Below, one piece after another: positions 21,489-31,402 of a stretch of 64,000 nucleotides of DNA. The position numbers and the translations under genes are program-made. Each line of letters starts with the position of its first letter. Position 1 is the stretch's first letter. Source of the DNA: Acidobacteriota bacterium (lineage in GTDB: Bacteria > Acidobacteriota > UBA6911 > RPQK01 > JAJDTT01); contig CBDCJH010000002.1 in the NCBI GenBank assembly GCA_965217775.1, positions 3,104,001-3,168,000 on the forward strand, written 5' to 3'. The notes beneath the pieces were generated by a model. It did not search any database. It was not told where the DNA came from and saw only the letters and a list, made by a program, of their open reading frames with translations.

Positions 21489-24400
21489 CTAATAGTAGAA
21501 TTTCAGTCCAAACTGGAGGTCCCTGGCCTCCAGAGCCGAGCCGATCGCACCAAAGCTGCTGGACGCAAAGCTGTTCTGCGGGATCAGGAAATTGGTGTGG
21601 TTGGTGAGGTTGAAGGCCTCGAAGCGAAATTCGACCCGGGTGTTCTCGGACGTCCGGAACTGTCGGAGGATAGACAGATCCAGGTTGACGATACCCGGGC
21701 CCTCCAGGCTGCCCCTCCCGGCGTTGCCGTAGGATAAGGGAGGAGGCACCGAGTAAGCCGAGGTGTCAAACCACCTTTCAGGTCTTCTTGTTCCGGAGCC
21801 CAGGTTTGGATTCCCGCTTACCTGGGGCCGCTGGTTGCTGTTGCTGCCGACGTCGAGGCGATCCAGATCAAAGGGCGTGAACCAAAGTCCCTTCTGGAGC
21901 GTCAGCAACCCATACAAACTCCAGCCTCCCAGGATCTTTCCGGCAGCGGTATCCGACCCACGGGCCCAACCGGGACCGAAGGGAATATCGTATCCCATCA
22001 TCAGGGCCAGTCGACCGGGGATGTTCGCCTCGCCCCGTCCTCGATTGTCCCTGAGGGTCCGGTTGCGGGAGACCGTCCTGGGGTCGAAGTTGCCCACGAA
22101 ACGCCCCCCCATGGTGTCGAGACTCTTGGACCAGGTATAGGCCATCAGCGCGGTCAGGCCCTCCGGTCCCGGCCTTTTCTCGACCTTGACCTCCAGTCCG
22201 TTGTAGTTCTTGTCTCCGTTCCCTGCCAGGTAGTGATACCGCTGGATGGCCGGGTAGGGCCGGCGACTCTGGCGGTCTCCAGAGCCCGGCGCCGCGTCGT
22301 TCCACTCCATGATCTGCATCTCATGAACCGAGCGGGAACCCTGGTAACCGATTTCGAACAGAGTGTTCCCGCTGAGACGCCGCTGGACCGAAAGACCCCA
22401 GTTGATCACGTACCATTGGGGCATGGGGTCCTGGAATCCTCCGATGTTGGGCAAGCCTCCCCCGACCACTCGGTTGGCCTCGTTGAAGGGATCCGACAGG
22501 GGAAGGTTGGGCGCCGCCGGATCGGAGGTAAACTCGCGGGACCCGGCATTGGGCCGGGGAGTGCTCAAGAGCGCCCCGTAAATCAATCCTCCCGGCGCCT
22601 CGTTGCCGTAGATTCCAAAGCCACTCCGGATGACCGTGTTGTCGGTAGCCCGGTAGGACAACCCCAGACGTGGCTGAAAGCCCGCCTTGGAATGCCGATA
22701 GATGGCCTTGTTGGCCTCGAAGCGTCCGGTTTCCGGAAAAACAGGGTCGGCGATGGTCAGGGGTATGGCAAAGCAGTTGGGAAAAGGAGTGCTCAGGTTC
22801 TGATCCAGGCACTCGGGCTCGATGTTGGTCAGATAGCCTTTCTTGTCGTTGTAACCCGTGCGCAGCTCGTAGCGGAGGCCCAGATTGAGAGTGAACTTGG
22901 GACTGACTTTCCAGCTGTCCTGGAGGTAGAAGTGATGACCTGCCTCCCCGATGTCCAGAAAGCTCTCGGACCCCAACGCCGCCCTGGTCAGGTGACCCAG
23001 TTGAAAGTTGGCGAACCCGTTGCCCGTGTAGCGGTCGTTGCTGAAGCTGAAGTTGGTGCGGCGCTCGAAGCCAAAGATCAGGTACTGGTAGCGCATGTGG
23101 TAGCCGGCCTTGAAGTAGTGGGACCCCTTGGTCCAGCTGATGTTGTTCTTCACCTCCCAGTTGCCTTCCGGAACCGGGCCCTTGATCGAGTGGTCACCGA
23201 CCAGAAGCATCCCAGTGACGCTGGCCCGCGGGATGCCGTCCTGGTCGATCCCCTTCTGGGGCCAGTTGGCAATGTCAAGGGTCTTTCCGTAGCCCTCGGG
23301 GCCGGCGATGTCGAAGCCGGGATTGTAGGGGCGGCGATAGAAGTGAAAGCCGAACTCGTTGACCACGTTGGCTCCGAAGTTCCGGGTGTTGGTCAGATTC
23401 TGTCCGAAGTTGGTGAGTGTATCGGTCTTGGTGAAGAAATCGATCGGGTTCACCCGCAGGTGAGGCGCGTCGTTGTAGAAGAAACGGCCCGCCCAGCGGC
23501 TGTTCTCTCCCGTCTTGAAGTCTATCCTGGCAATGAACTCGTTTGTGTCCCGGGCCGCGTTGGAGGCGCTGATATAGTTGAAGCCTCGTCCTGGAGGCGT
23601 GTTCGCCTCGGGGTAGAAGGTCACCAGCTCCTTATAGACGGAATCGAAGCGGTTCTGGGGAATCCTGTTGTTGGGGAAGGGCTCGCCGGTCATGGGATCG
23701 ATGATCTCCGACGAGTACTGTCCGGCCTTCTCCTCGGTGGTGGGCACGTTTCCGGTCAGGGACCGAAATCGCCGGATCCGCTCTCCGCTGTAGGAAAAGA
23801 ACCACCAGGCCTTGTCCTTGCCGTTCAGCAGGCGTGGAAGCACGATCGGTCCCCCGGCCACGGCGCCGAACTGGTTGCGTTTGAACTCGGGCCTGGGGCC
23901 GGGATCGAAGAAGTTGCGCGCATCCAGGTTGTCGTTACGGTGAAACCAGAACAGGGTCCCGTGCAGATCATTGGTCCCACTCTTGGTGATCAGGCTGAAC
24001 TGGCCTCCCGGCTTGATCCCGTACTCTGCCCCGTAGAGACCGCTCTTGATCTCGAATTCCTGGACGGCGTCCGGGTTGATGCGAAACTCCAGACCGGCAT
24101 TGGTCTCGCTCACCAGCGACCCGTCGATCATGGCGGTGTTGTCCGAGTTGCGCTGCCCCTTGACCACGAAGCTGACTCTGCCCCCCAGCCCGTTTCTCAC
24201 GCCGGGTGCAACCCCGGGCGTGAGCGAGCCCAGGGTACCGAAGACATCCCGCTCGTTGAGGGGCATCTTGATGATCTTCTGGTTGTCGATGACCTGTGCC
24301 AGCTCGGGTGTCTCCGTCTTCAGGATGGGTGCGATGGCGGCGACCTCCACCGTTTCGGCCACCTCGCCCAAGCTCAGCGGGACGTCGATGCGGTAGGTCT

Positions 24401-24695
24401 GGCCCACGTCCAGCTTCAGTCCCGAGCGCACGTCGGTCTTGAAGCCCGGCATGGAGACTCTCAGCTCATACACGCCCGAGACCAGACCCCGCATGGCATA
24501 ATCGCCGGTGTCGCTGGTCAGAGTCGTGACGACCTCGTTGGTGGCCAACCGAGTCAAGTAGACCTCGGCGCCTGGGATGACGGCTCCCGTGCTATCGGAA
24601 ACGGTACCGACGACTGTCGCCTTGTCCCCTTGGCCGAGAAGAAGGCCAAAGCTGAGACCCGTGAACGCTAGGGCAATGAGTCTTTTCCTCATCAT
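21489..24695 (-). CDS. TonB-dependent receptor (Oar-like)
   Basis: GTVSDSTGAVIPGA, TKSGTN.LHG, LDARNFFD, YLQDSW, NLGLRYE, FEAFNLTNH, QFGLKFYY. Confidence 0.95.
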   Translation of the reverse strand: MMRKRLIALAFTGLSFGLLLGQGDKATVVGTVSDSTGAVIPGAEVYLTRLATNEVVTTLTSDTGDYAMRGLVSGVYELRVSMPGFKTDVRSGLKLDVGQTYRIDVPLSLGEVAETVEVAAIAPILKTETPELAQVIDNQKIIKMPLNERDVFGTLGSLTPGVAPGVRNGLGGRVSFVVKGQRNSDNTAMIDGSLVSETNAGLEFRINPDAVQEFEIKSGLYGAEYGIKPGGQFSLITKSGTNDLHGTLFWFHRNDNLDARNFFDPGPRPEFKRNQFGAVAGGPIVLPRLLNGKDKAWWFFSYSGERIRRFRSLTGNVPTTEEKAGQYSSEIIDPMTGEPFPNNRIPQNRFDSVYKELVTFYPEANTPPGRGFNYISASNAARDTNEFIARIDFKTGENSRWAGRFFYNDAPHLRVNPIDFFTKTDTLTNFGQNLTNTRNFGANVVNEFGFHFYRRPYNPGFDIAGPEGYGKTLDIANWPQKGIDQDGIPRASVTGMLLVGDHSIKGPVPEGNWEVKNNISWTKGSHYFKAGYHMRYQYLIFGFERRTNFSFSNDRYTGNGFANFQLGHLTRAALGSESFLDIGEAGHHFYLQDSWKVSPKFTLNLGLRYELRTGYNDKKGYLTNIEPECLDQNLSTPFPNCFAIPLTIADPVFPETGRFEANKAIYRHSKAGFQPRLGLSYRATDNTVIRSGFGIYGNEAPGGLIYGALLSTPRPNAGSREFTSDPAAPNLPLSDPFNEANRVVGGGLPNIGGFQDPMPQWYVINWGLSVQRRLSGNTLFEIGYQGSRSVHEMQIMEWNDAAPGSGDRQSRRPYPAIQRYHYLAGNGDKNYNGLEVKVEKRPGPEGLTALMAYTWSKSLDTMGGRFVGNFDPRTVSRNRTLRDNRGRGEANIPGRLALMMGYDIPFGPGWARGSDTAAGKILGGWSLYGLLTLQKGLWFTPFDLDRLDVGSNSNQRPQVSGNPNLGSGTRRPERWFDTSAYSVPPPLSYGNAGRGSLEGPGIVNLDLSILRQFRTSENTRVEFRFEAFNLTNHTNFLIPQNSFASSSFGAIGSALEARDLQFGLKFYY

Positions 24696-24929
24696 TGCCT
24701 CCTTTTGTAGTCTGAAGGTGGTGGGCTAACTTGTGGCAATCATATCATTTACCGAAAATGATGGCAAGCACGCGAGTCCCGAACTTTTCACATTTTTCCG
24801 GAGGTTCATTTCCGGAGGTTCAGCAGAACAGGGTAAGCAGATTCGTGCGAGGATCGCGACGAGGCGGTCCAATACCGGTGGCACGGTCGAACCAGAGCTG
24901 GTTGATCCCATCCGCAATCGCGTAGAAAC

Positions 24930-25330
24930 GGAACTCGGGTCAGAACTCGGATGGCTTCCAACCGATAGCCCTGCTTGATAGACCGGATCGTCTCTTCGAC
25001 CCGCCATATGCTCTTTCGGGACCGGGTCACCTTTCGGTTCGTGAGCAGCATCAGCGGCTTCTGACCCATTCCATCCACCACCAGGGTCAGCGTCTGGTCC
25101 GAACCGGGAAAACGCACCTTCCGAGCCCCGAACTCCAGGTCGTAGACCGTCTCCCCGAACTCGTCTCTTTGATCACCACTTCCCGGTCCCGGCGCCGGCA
25201 GGCGTCGGCCCACTTCCGGACACTCTTGCGTTGGGCACTGGAGCTCGGATGCCGGTCTCCACGAGTCGCGCACGACGAACCGACGGCCTTGATGGAGCCC
25301 GAATCGGGAACTTCCTTGGGCAAGGTCCAC
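24930..25330 (-). pseudogene. DDE (IS4-like) transposase fragment
   Basis: LTLVV..G..PLMLLTN...W.VEETIR.IKQ.Y.LE.IRV; partial and degenerate. Confidence 0.6.
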
Positions 25331-25423
25331 TTGTGAGGCAACAGGATTGGCGCAGGCGGTTGGGGACGACCGGTCGAGCCGATTCGATCTGTTAAACTGG
25401 CCGCGCTTTCGAGCCGCGACAAC

Positions 25424-25612
25424 ATGCCATCGGCAATTTCGGATTTCCTCTCCCAGCTTCGCTTTCCCTACCTTTTCCTACTCACGGCCGGAGTCTTTTT
25501 TCTGGACCTCCTGGTTCCCGATCTCGTTCCTTTTGCCGACGAAATCCTGTTGGGGTTGGGAACCCTGCTGCTGTCGCGACTCAAGAGGAACAGAAGCGAT
25601 GGGGCGGGTTAA
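25424..25612 (+). CDS. Small membrane protein (DUF6116-like), copy 2
   Basis: Near-identical to 20261-20449, including upstream DNA. Confidence 0.75.
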   Translation: MPSAISDFLSQLRFPYLFLLTAGVFFLDLLVPDLVPFADEILLGLGTLLLSRLKRNRSDGAG

Positions 25613-25763
25613 CCCGCATTTCTCACCAGGGGGCGCGATGATCGCGGTGGAATCGAGACAATGTTCCTTTCAAGAGACGCGGCCGCGCTGTCGACACGCG
25701 GACGGGGCATTTCAGATTCTTCAAGATTCTGAAGTTCGTGGGGCTTGAGACTCATCTCCGGGA

Positions 25764-26369
25764 TTGGGAATCTCAGTGAGGTTGGACAGGCGAAAGATCA
25801 TCCGAGTGCTGGCCGGGATCCTCTTTGCGCTGGCAACCATCAAGATTCACTACGAGGTCAAAGTCGAGATGGGGCGGGGTGGGTCCGGAGACACCGGCCG
25901 GCTCGAGAATGTCCAAGTCGGGAGCGAGTCATCCGATTTTTCCGCAACCGACCTCCAGGGACGACAGGTCACGCTCTCGGAATTCCGGGACCACAAGGTG
26001 GTCGTGGTCGATTTCTGGGCGACCTGGTGTGCGCCCTGCGTGATGGCGATGCCGAAGCTGCAAGAACTACACGACGAATTCAAGGGACGGGAGGTGGAAG
26101 TTCTGGCGGTGAACCTGGGCGAAGATCCCGACCTCGTGCGACGCTTTTTGGAACGGAAGAAATACACCTTTCGAGTGGTGGTGGACCGGAAACGGGTCAT
26201 CGGCAACCGGTTCGGCGTCAGGGCAATCCCCGCATTGGTGGTGATCGATACGGATGGCCGAGTCGGGTGGATCCGGGTCGGTTACAACCCGGACAGGGCG
26301 GATGAGTTGCGGCAGGTGTTGGAGCGTCTGAATCAGGAGCGGCGCTCCGACGGGTCGGGTGCAACGTAA
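25764..26369 (+). CDS. TlpA-family thiol-disulfide oxidoreductase
   Basis: DFWATWCAPC; N-terminal TM anchor. Confidence 0.9.
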   Translation: MGISVRLDRRKIIRVLAGILFALATIKIHYEVKVEMGRGGSGDTGRLENVQVGSESSDFSATDLQGRQVTLSEFRDHKVVVVDFWATWCAPCVMAMPKLQELHDEFKGREVEVLAVNLGEDPDLVRRFLERKKYTFRVVVDRKRVIGNRFGVRAIPALVVIDTDGRVGWIRVGYNPDRADELRQVLERLNQERRSDGSGAT

Positions 26370-26379
26370 GAAATTTTAG

Positions 26380-27291
26380 ATGAGCGTCATCCGGACCGAA
26401 AATCTGGGAAAGACCTACTCAGGAGGCACGGTCGCCCTGACCGGGCTCGATATCGAAGTGAACGCGGGCGAGGTGTTCGGCTTCCTCGGTCCCAATGGCG
26501 CCGGCAAGTCCACGACAATTCAGTTGCTCCTGGATTTCATCCGGCCCACCACGGGAAGGGCGTATCTGTTCGATCAACCGGTTGCCTGCACCGAGACCCG
26601 ACGGCGACTCGGTTACCTGCCCGAGTCGGTGAATCTCCACCGCTACTACAGCGGCCGGCGCTTGCTTGAATTCTACGCGGCGCTGCTTGGGGTTGAACCC
26701 GCAGAACGTTCAAAGCGGGCCGTGGATCTGCTGGAACAAGTGGGCCTATCGGACGTCGCGGAACAAGAGATCTCCCGTTACTCCAAGGGCATGCTGCAGC
26801 GGCTGGGGCTGGCGCAAGCTCTGCTCAACAATCCCGAATTGTTGATACTGGACGAACCTACGTCCAATCTCGACCCGGTCGCGCGCCGGGATTTCCGCAC
26901 TATCCTTCTGGAGTTCAAGGCGAGCGGAAAAACGGTCTTCATCTGTTCGCACATACTCTCCGAAGTCGAATCCCTGTGTGACCGAGTGGCCATTCTGCAA
27001 AAGGGACTACTCAGCCAAGTCGGCACACTGGAGGAGTTGTCCGCCGCAGAAGGTTCCCGGATCGTGGTCAGGGACCTGCCGGCGGGAGCCATCGGGGCAC
27101 TGTCCGCGACCTCTGCGCGATTGACCCTCGAAGGGGGAAAGGCTGTCATCGAGTGTGGCGACGAGAGGGTACGCCGTGAGGTGGAGCAGTTGCTGCGAAA
27201 CCGCGGGGTGGATATCGAGCGTGTCGAAACCGAAAGAGAATCTTTGGAGGAGATCTTTTTTGGCGCCATCGACGGAGAGGAGGCGTCATGA
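26380..27291 (+). CDS. ABC transporter ATP-binding protein
   Basis: GPNGAGKS, YSKGM, LILDEP. Confidence 0.95.
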   Translation: MSVIRTENLGKTYSGGTVALTGLDIEVNAGEVFGFLGPNGAGKSTTIQLLLDFIRPTTGRAYLFDQPVACTETRRRLGYLPESVNLHRYYSGRRLLEFYAALLGVEPAERSKRAVDLLEQVGLSDVAEQEISRYSKGMLQRLGLAQALLNNPELLILDEPTSNLDPVARRDFRTILLEFKASGKTVFICSHILSEVESLCDRVAILQKGLLSQVGTLEELSAAEGSRIVVRDLPAGAIGALSATSARLTLEGGKAVIECGDERVRREVEQLLRNRGVDIERVETERESLEEIFFGAIDGEEAS

Positions 27292-28091
27292 GAGTCATTT
27301 TCCTGATCGCGGCCGACAGTATTCGCGCTCTCCTGCATCAACGTCTGCTGGTGGCGCTCATGCTCTTGACGATGATCTTGACCATCCTGTTCTCGGTGTG
27401 GCTGACCGACGTGCAGGAAGAGATGCTCAAGAACGCCGAAGCCGTGGCTGAGATGAACGACAACGAATTGGATGACGCCGACTTGGAAAGTGTGCGTCAA
27501 GACATGGCCATGGCGGGCTCCATGGTCCTGGCGATTTTCTATTGGCTCGCAGGCTTGGCAGGCACAATCGTGGCGCTGTTCGTTTGCGCCAGTGCCGTCA
27601 CGGGCGATATCCGTCGCGGCACGCTCTCCATTGTCCTGGCCAAACCGGTGTCTCGCGCGCAGTTTCTGCTCGGAAAATACTGCGGTGCGGTCGCCGTCGT
27701 GTTCGGGTACTCGGCATTGATCGGCGTCGCTCTCACGATCTTCACCTACGCAAATCAGTTCGACCTGAGTCCGGCAGCCCGGTACGCGCCTTGGCTCATA
27801 TTCTGCCAAAGCATCATGGCAGGATCCGTGGTTCTCTTCCTGTCGCTGCTGATGCACCCGCTCATCGCCGCCATCCTGACCTTTTTCGCCAACGCCGGAT
27901 TCTTCTCGTCCCCCAATCCCGTCTATTTCATTCTGCCGAGCTATGACCGGTTCAACGTCTTCAGCCTGATCGTCAAAGGAAATCTGATCCCTCTGGAAGA
28001 CGTGCTCATGCTCACACTCTACGCTTTCGATGTCGCGGCGATCTTCCTGCTGTTGGCGCTGTGGCGGTTTCGTTTCAAGGAATTGCTATAA
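27288..28091 (+). CDS. ABC-2-type transporter permease
   Basis: Multiple TM helices; DIRRGTL..VLAKPVSR..FLLGK; ATGA overlap with the ATPase. Confidence 0.9.
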   Translation: MRVIFLIAADSIRALLHQRLLVALMLLTMILTILFSVWLTDVQEEMLKNAEAVAEMNDNELDDADLESVRQDMAMAGSMVLAIFYWLAGLAGTIVALFVCASAVTGDIRRGTLSIVLAKPVSRAQFLLGKYCGAVAVVFGYSALIGVALTIFTYANQFDLSPAARYAPWLIFCQSIMAGSVVLFLSLLMHPLIAAILTFFANAGFFSSPNPVYFILPSYDRFNVFSLIVKGNLIPLEDVLMLTLYAFDVAAIFLLLALWRFRFKELL

Positions 28092-28250
28092 ATCCGCACC
28101 TCCCAACAATTGAACAATCAACGGATCTTCCAGTCCCTTTCAGGACAAAGCTTGGCTGGCTGTTCAGGGCAACCTGTCTGCCGGACCCGTTGACCGTGGC
28201 GGTGTCACGCGGGACTGTCACCCCGATCAGCCGTCGGAGGTAGCGGTGGC

Positions 28251-29051
28251 CATGCATCGCTGAAACCACCATCCGATCCCGATTCGACGGTCGCCATTGA
28301 CGGCCTGACGTTCAGCTATGGCGGCAACCGGGTGCTGCACGGGCTGTCGTTCAAGCTGGGAAAAGGCGAGGTGGTGGGACTGCTGGGACCCAACGGCGCC
28401 GGCAAGAGCACGACGATCAAGGTCCTGACCGGGATCCTGCCGCCCGACGGCGGGTCGGTTCGCGTCGCCGGCTATTCCATGCCCGGCGAGGCCGTGGAGG
28501 CCAAGAAGCGGATCGGGTACGTTCCGGAAGCCGCGGCACTCTTCGAAAGCCTGTCGGGTCAGGAATTCCTGGAGCTCATGGGCCGCTTGCAGGAGGTACC
28601 GGAAGAGGTGCTTCAGTCCCGAATCGCCCGATTCCTCGAGCAATTCGACTTGGCGGGAGTCCGTCTCCGGCGTTTGGACGGCTACTCCAAGGGCATGCGC
28701 CAGAAAGTGCTCCTGAGCGCCGCCCTCCTTCACAATCCCGAGGTGTTGATGCTGGACGAGCCCCTCTCCGGGCTGGACGTCAACGCCGGACTCATGGTTC
28801 GGGACCTGATCGCCGCCCTGGCCGCGGAGGGCAAGACCGTACTCTACAGCTCGCACGTGCTGGACGTGGTGGAGCGGGTGTGCGACCGCGCCCTGATCGT
28901 CCATGAAGGCCGCCTCATCGCGGATGGGTCGCTCGAATCGCTGAAGTCTTCCACCCAAAGGGCCCGTCTCGAAGATGTCTTTCGCCAACTGACTCATGCA
29001 GAAGGGACGGTGAGCGGCGTTTCAGAAATCATCGAGGTTCTCCGGTCATGA
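28251..29051 (+). CDS. ABC transporter ATP-binding protein, start region apparently frameshifted
   Basis: GPNGAGKS, YSKGM, MLDEP; the RBS-associated ATG at 28251 is out of frame with the main ORF. Confidence 0.8.
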   Translation, partial: HASLKPPSDPDSTVAIDGLTFSYGGNRVLHGLSFKLGKGEVVGLLGPNGAGKSTTIKVLTGILPPDGGSVRVAGYSMPGEAVEAKKRIGYVPEAAALFESLSGQEFLELMGRLQEVPEEVLQSRIARFLEQFDLAGVRLRRLDGYSKGMRQKVLLSAALLHNPEVLMLDEPLSGLDVNAGLMVRDLIAALAAEGKTVLYSSHVLDVVERVCDRALIVHEGRLIADGSLESLKSSTQRARLEDVFRQLTHAEGTVSGVSEIIEVLRS

Positions 29052-30753
29052 AGGCGCTCCTCATGAAGAAGCTTCGTTTGCTGGGCAAACGGCTGTTCCA
29101 CGGCCCGGAGTTCGCCTCGCTGCTTCGACGATGCGGCATCGAGCCCCACCGATACTGGATCCTGGTCGATCTGTTCGAGACGCTTGGCAAGCGGCAGGAA
29201 GTGACTCGGATGGGTTCCGACGCCTACACCATGCGCAGCTTCACTATCTTCTGGGTCTTTCTTTCTGGCGTATTGGGCGTCGTGATGGGAGCTCTCGGCT
29301 CCACCGCCGGAGTCTACCTCCTGGTCTTTCTCGCGCTCACCGCTTTCCAACTCAGCATGCTGCTGATCCCCGAGATCGCCGAGGGACTCGTGAACCCGGT
29401 CGAGGGGCTGATTCTGGCTCATCAGCCGGTCAACGGCGCCACTTGGTTGGCCGCCAAGCTGACCCATCTCATCAGGATCGTCGTCTACGTGGTGGCAGGG
29501 GTCAACGGCCTGCCGGCGCTCGTTCCCTTCTCGGTCCCAGCGGAGAAGGTTTCCGGCCATTCGTTTACCCCATCATGCATCTTCTGACGGCTCTCGGGGT
29601 CGGGCTGGTGGTCGGGTTCCTCTGTTGCAGCCTCTTCGGATGGTTGGTTCGCTTCGTTCCCGTCCGGCGGCTCAAGGCGGCCGCGGCCATGGCCCAAGTC
29701 ATCCCCATGCTCATTGCGCCGGGTATTCAGTTCTTGAGTGCGTCGGGTGCGTTGGTGAACGAGTTGCCGTGTTGGTTCATGTCCATCGAGCCGCCCGAAG
29801 CCTGGCTCGGAATCGGCGGCGCGGTTCCCGGGGGCTTCCCGGTTCTCCTGGCTGTGGTGGCCTTTGCTCTCACGACGGTCGCCGTCGTACCAGGTCTGCG
29901 GGCACTCTCCGTGGATCATCTGATCCGGGTATCGAGTCTGATGCATTCAGGTTCCAGGGTACGCAGGCGGGTACCGAAAGGATGGTCGATCGGGCCACGG
30001 ATCGCCAGGTTCGCCGGCGGTCAGGCCGCCCGCGCCGGTTACGAGTATCTGCGCTCAATGGTTTTGAGAGACTGGCAGTTCCGGAAGAACATGGCCATAA
30101 ATGCGCCGTATCTGTTCATCGGCCTCATCGTCCTGCTCGTTGCGGGCACTGAAACCACTCCATTTGCCACCGACTTCGCCTTCACTCACTTTCTGCCTCA
30201 TCTGATCGGAACGACGATTTTCTTCACTTGCCTCTACCTGGGGTATGGCAACGACTACAAGGCGGTCTGGTCGTTTACTATCGTTCCGGACTCTTCCTTC
30301 CGGCCGTTCGTGAGGGGAATCCATGCCGGACTCTGTTTCCTGCTGGTGGCCGTTCCCAACTTCTTCTGCCTTCTCGTGCTGGCTTGGTCCTGGGGCGTCA
30401 GAGATGCGCTGTGGGTCATCGCTTTCAGCACCGCCGTCGCCTCCCTGTATTTGGCAGTCGGCCTCAGACTGATCGACGGGCTCCCCTTCGGAAAACAGAC
30501 CCCGCCCGCTCGGCAGGTAATAACGTTAGCGATGACGATGATTTACCTCGTGGTCCTAAGTGTGGCCATCGGGATCCATTACCTCGTATTCCGTTCCGTG
30601 GTGGCGGTTGCCGCTGTGACGATCATCGTAAGTGTTGGGGCCTGCTTTCTGACGAGAGCGACGCTGGCCGATTTCGAGTCCCGTATTCGGCGCAGCCTGA
30701 ATCCGGGTGCGGTACGACAGTTTCTTGCCTTCGTCGAACAGAAAACGGAGTAG
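29048..30753 (+). pseudogene. ABC exporter membrane protein split by a frameshift near 29530-29560
   Basis: Hydrophobic sequence switches from ORF 29048-29587 to ORF 29131-30753. Confidence 0.7.
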
Positions 30754-31238
30754 ATGGGAGCACACATGAGACACGCATCCGTAACGTTGACAGTATTCGT
30801 ATTGTTAACAGCCCGTGGTAAAAGTCCTCACGGCATTCGACCGTCCCTGCATCCCGGCGGACTGCGTTGCGACTCGGTCACATACTCCCGGTATGCTTGT
30901 CTGTTATTTCTTGTCTGTCTTTCTTCTTGGGGGGGTACAGATTGTGGTGTCAGCAAAAAGGGAGCACCCTGTGGGAAATCTTTGATTTTCCACAGGGGGG
31001 TTCCGGGTGACGAGGGGGCCTCGGGGCTCTCGTTTCAGGGATTTCAAGTGGGTATGTGTCTCTTTGCATCCGGGGGGTCTCAGGGGGGGCCGGCCCCCCC
31101 TGCCCCCGTCAACGCCGCCAGTGGCGACAGCAGGCGCAGGGCCGTGACCCAGCCATCGTCCAGGCTTGGCTCGGTGGCGCCGGCATGATTTCTGGTGGGT
31201 TATTCCGATACGGGTTGGGATCTTTTGGGAGGATCCAT

Positions 31239-31392
31239 CCGAGGCGCCTCTGGCCAGAGGCGCCTCGGCGGCGGTGGTCGGGCCGTTATGTATGCCGGCC
31301 GTCAAGGGCCGGGAGGGAGTGGGGCCGCCACCGTCTTTCCCAACGTCCTGAATGGATACGTGAGCGTCAAGGCTCGCACGACAAGCACAGGA
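31239..31392 (+). ncRNA. Putative IS110 bridge RNA (5' hairpin, target-binding loop, donor-binding loop); 5' end uncertain
   Basis: Two internal loops, each with a GTCAAG-capped hairpin flanked by guides matching the target (GTATGC / GGAGGGAG) and the donor (ATGGATAC / GACAAG). Confidence 0.85.
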
Positions 31393-31402
31393 GGAAGGAA
31401 AG

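Noticed and set aside
30754-31188. 144-aa ORF as a standalone gene
   Set aside because: It is a chimera of a host signal peptide, the MITE left half and the IS110 non-coding end
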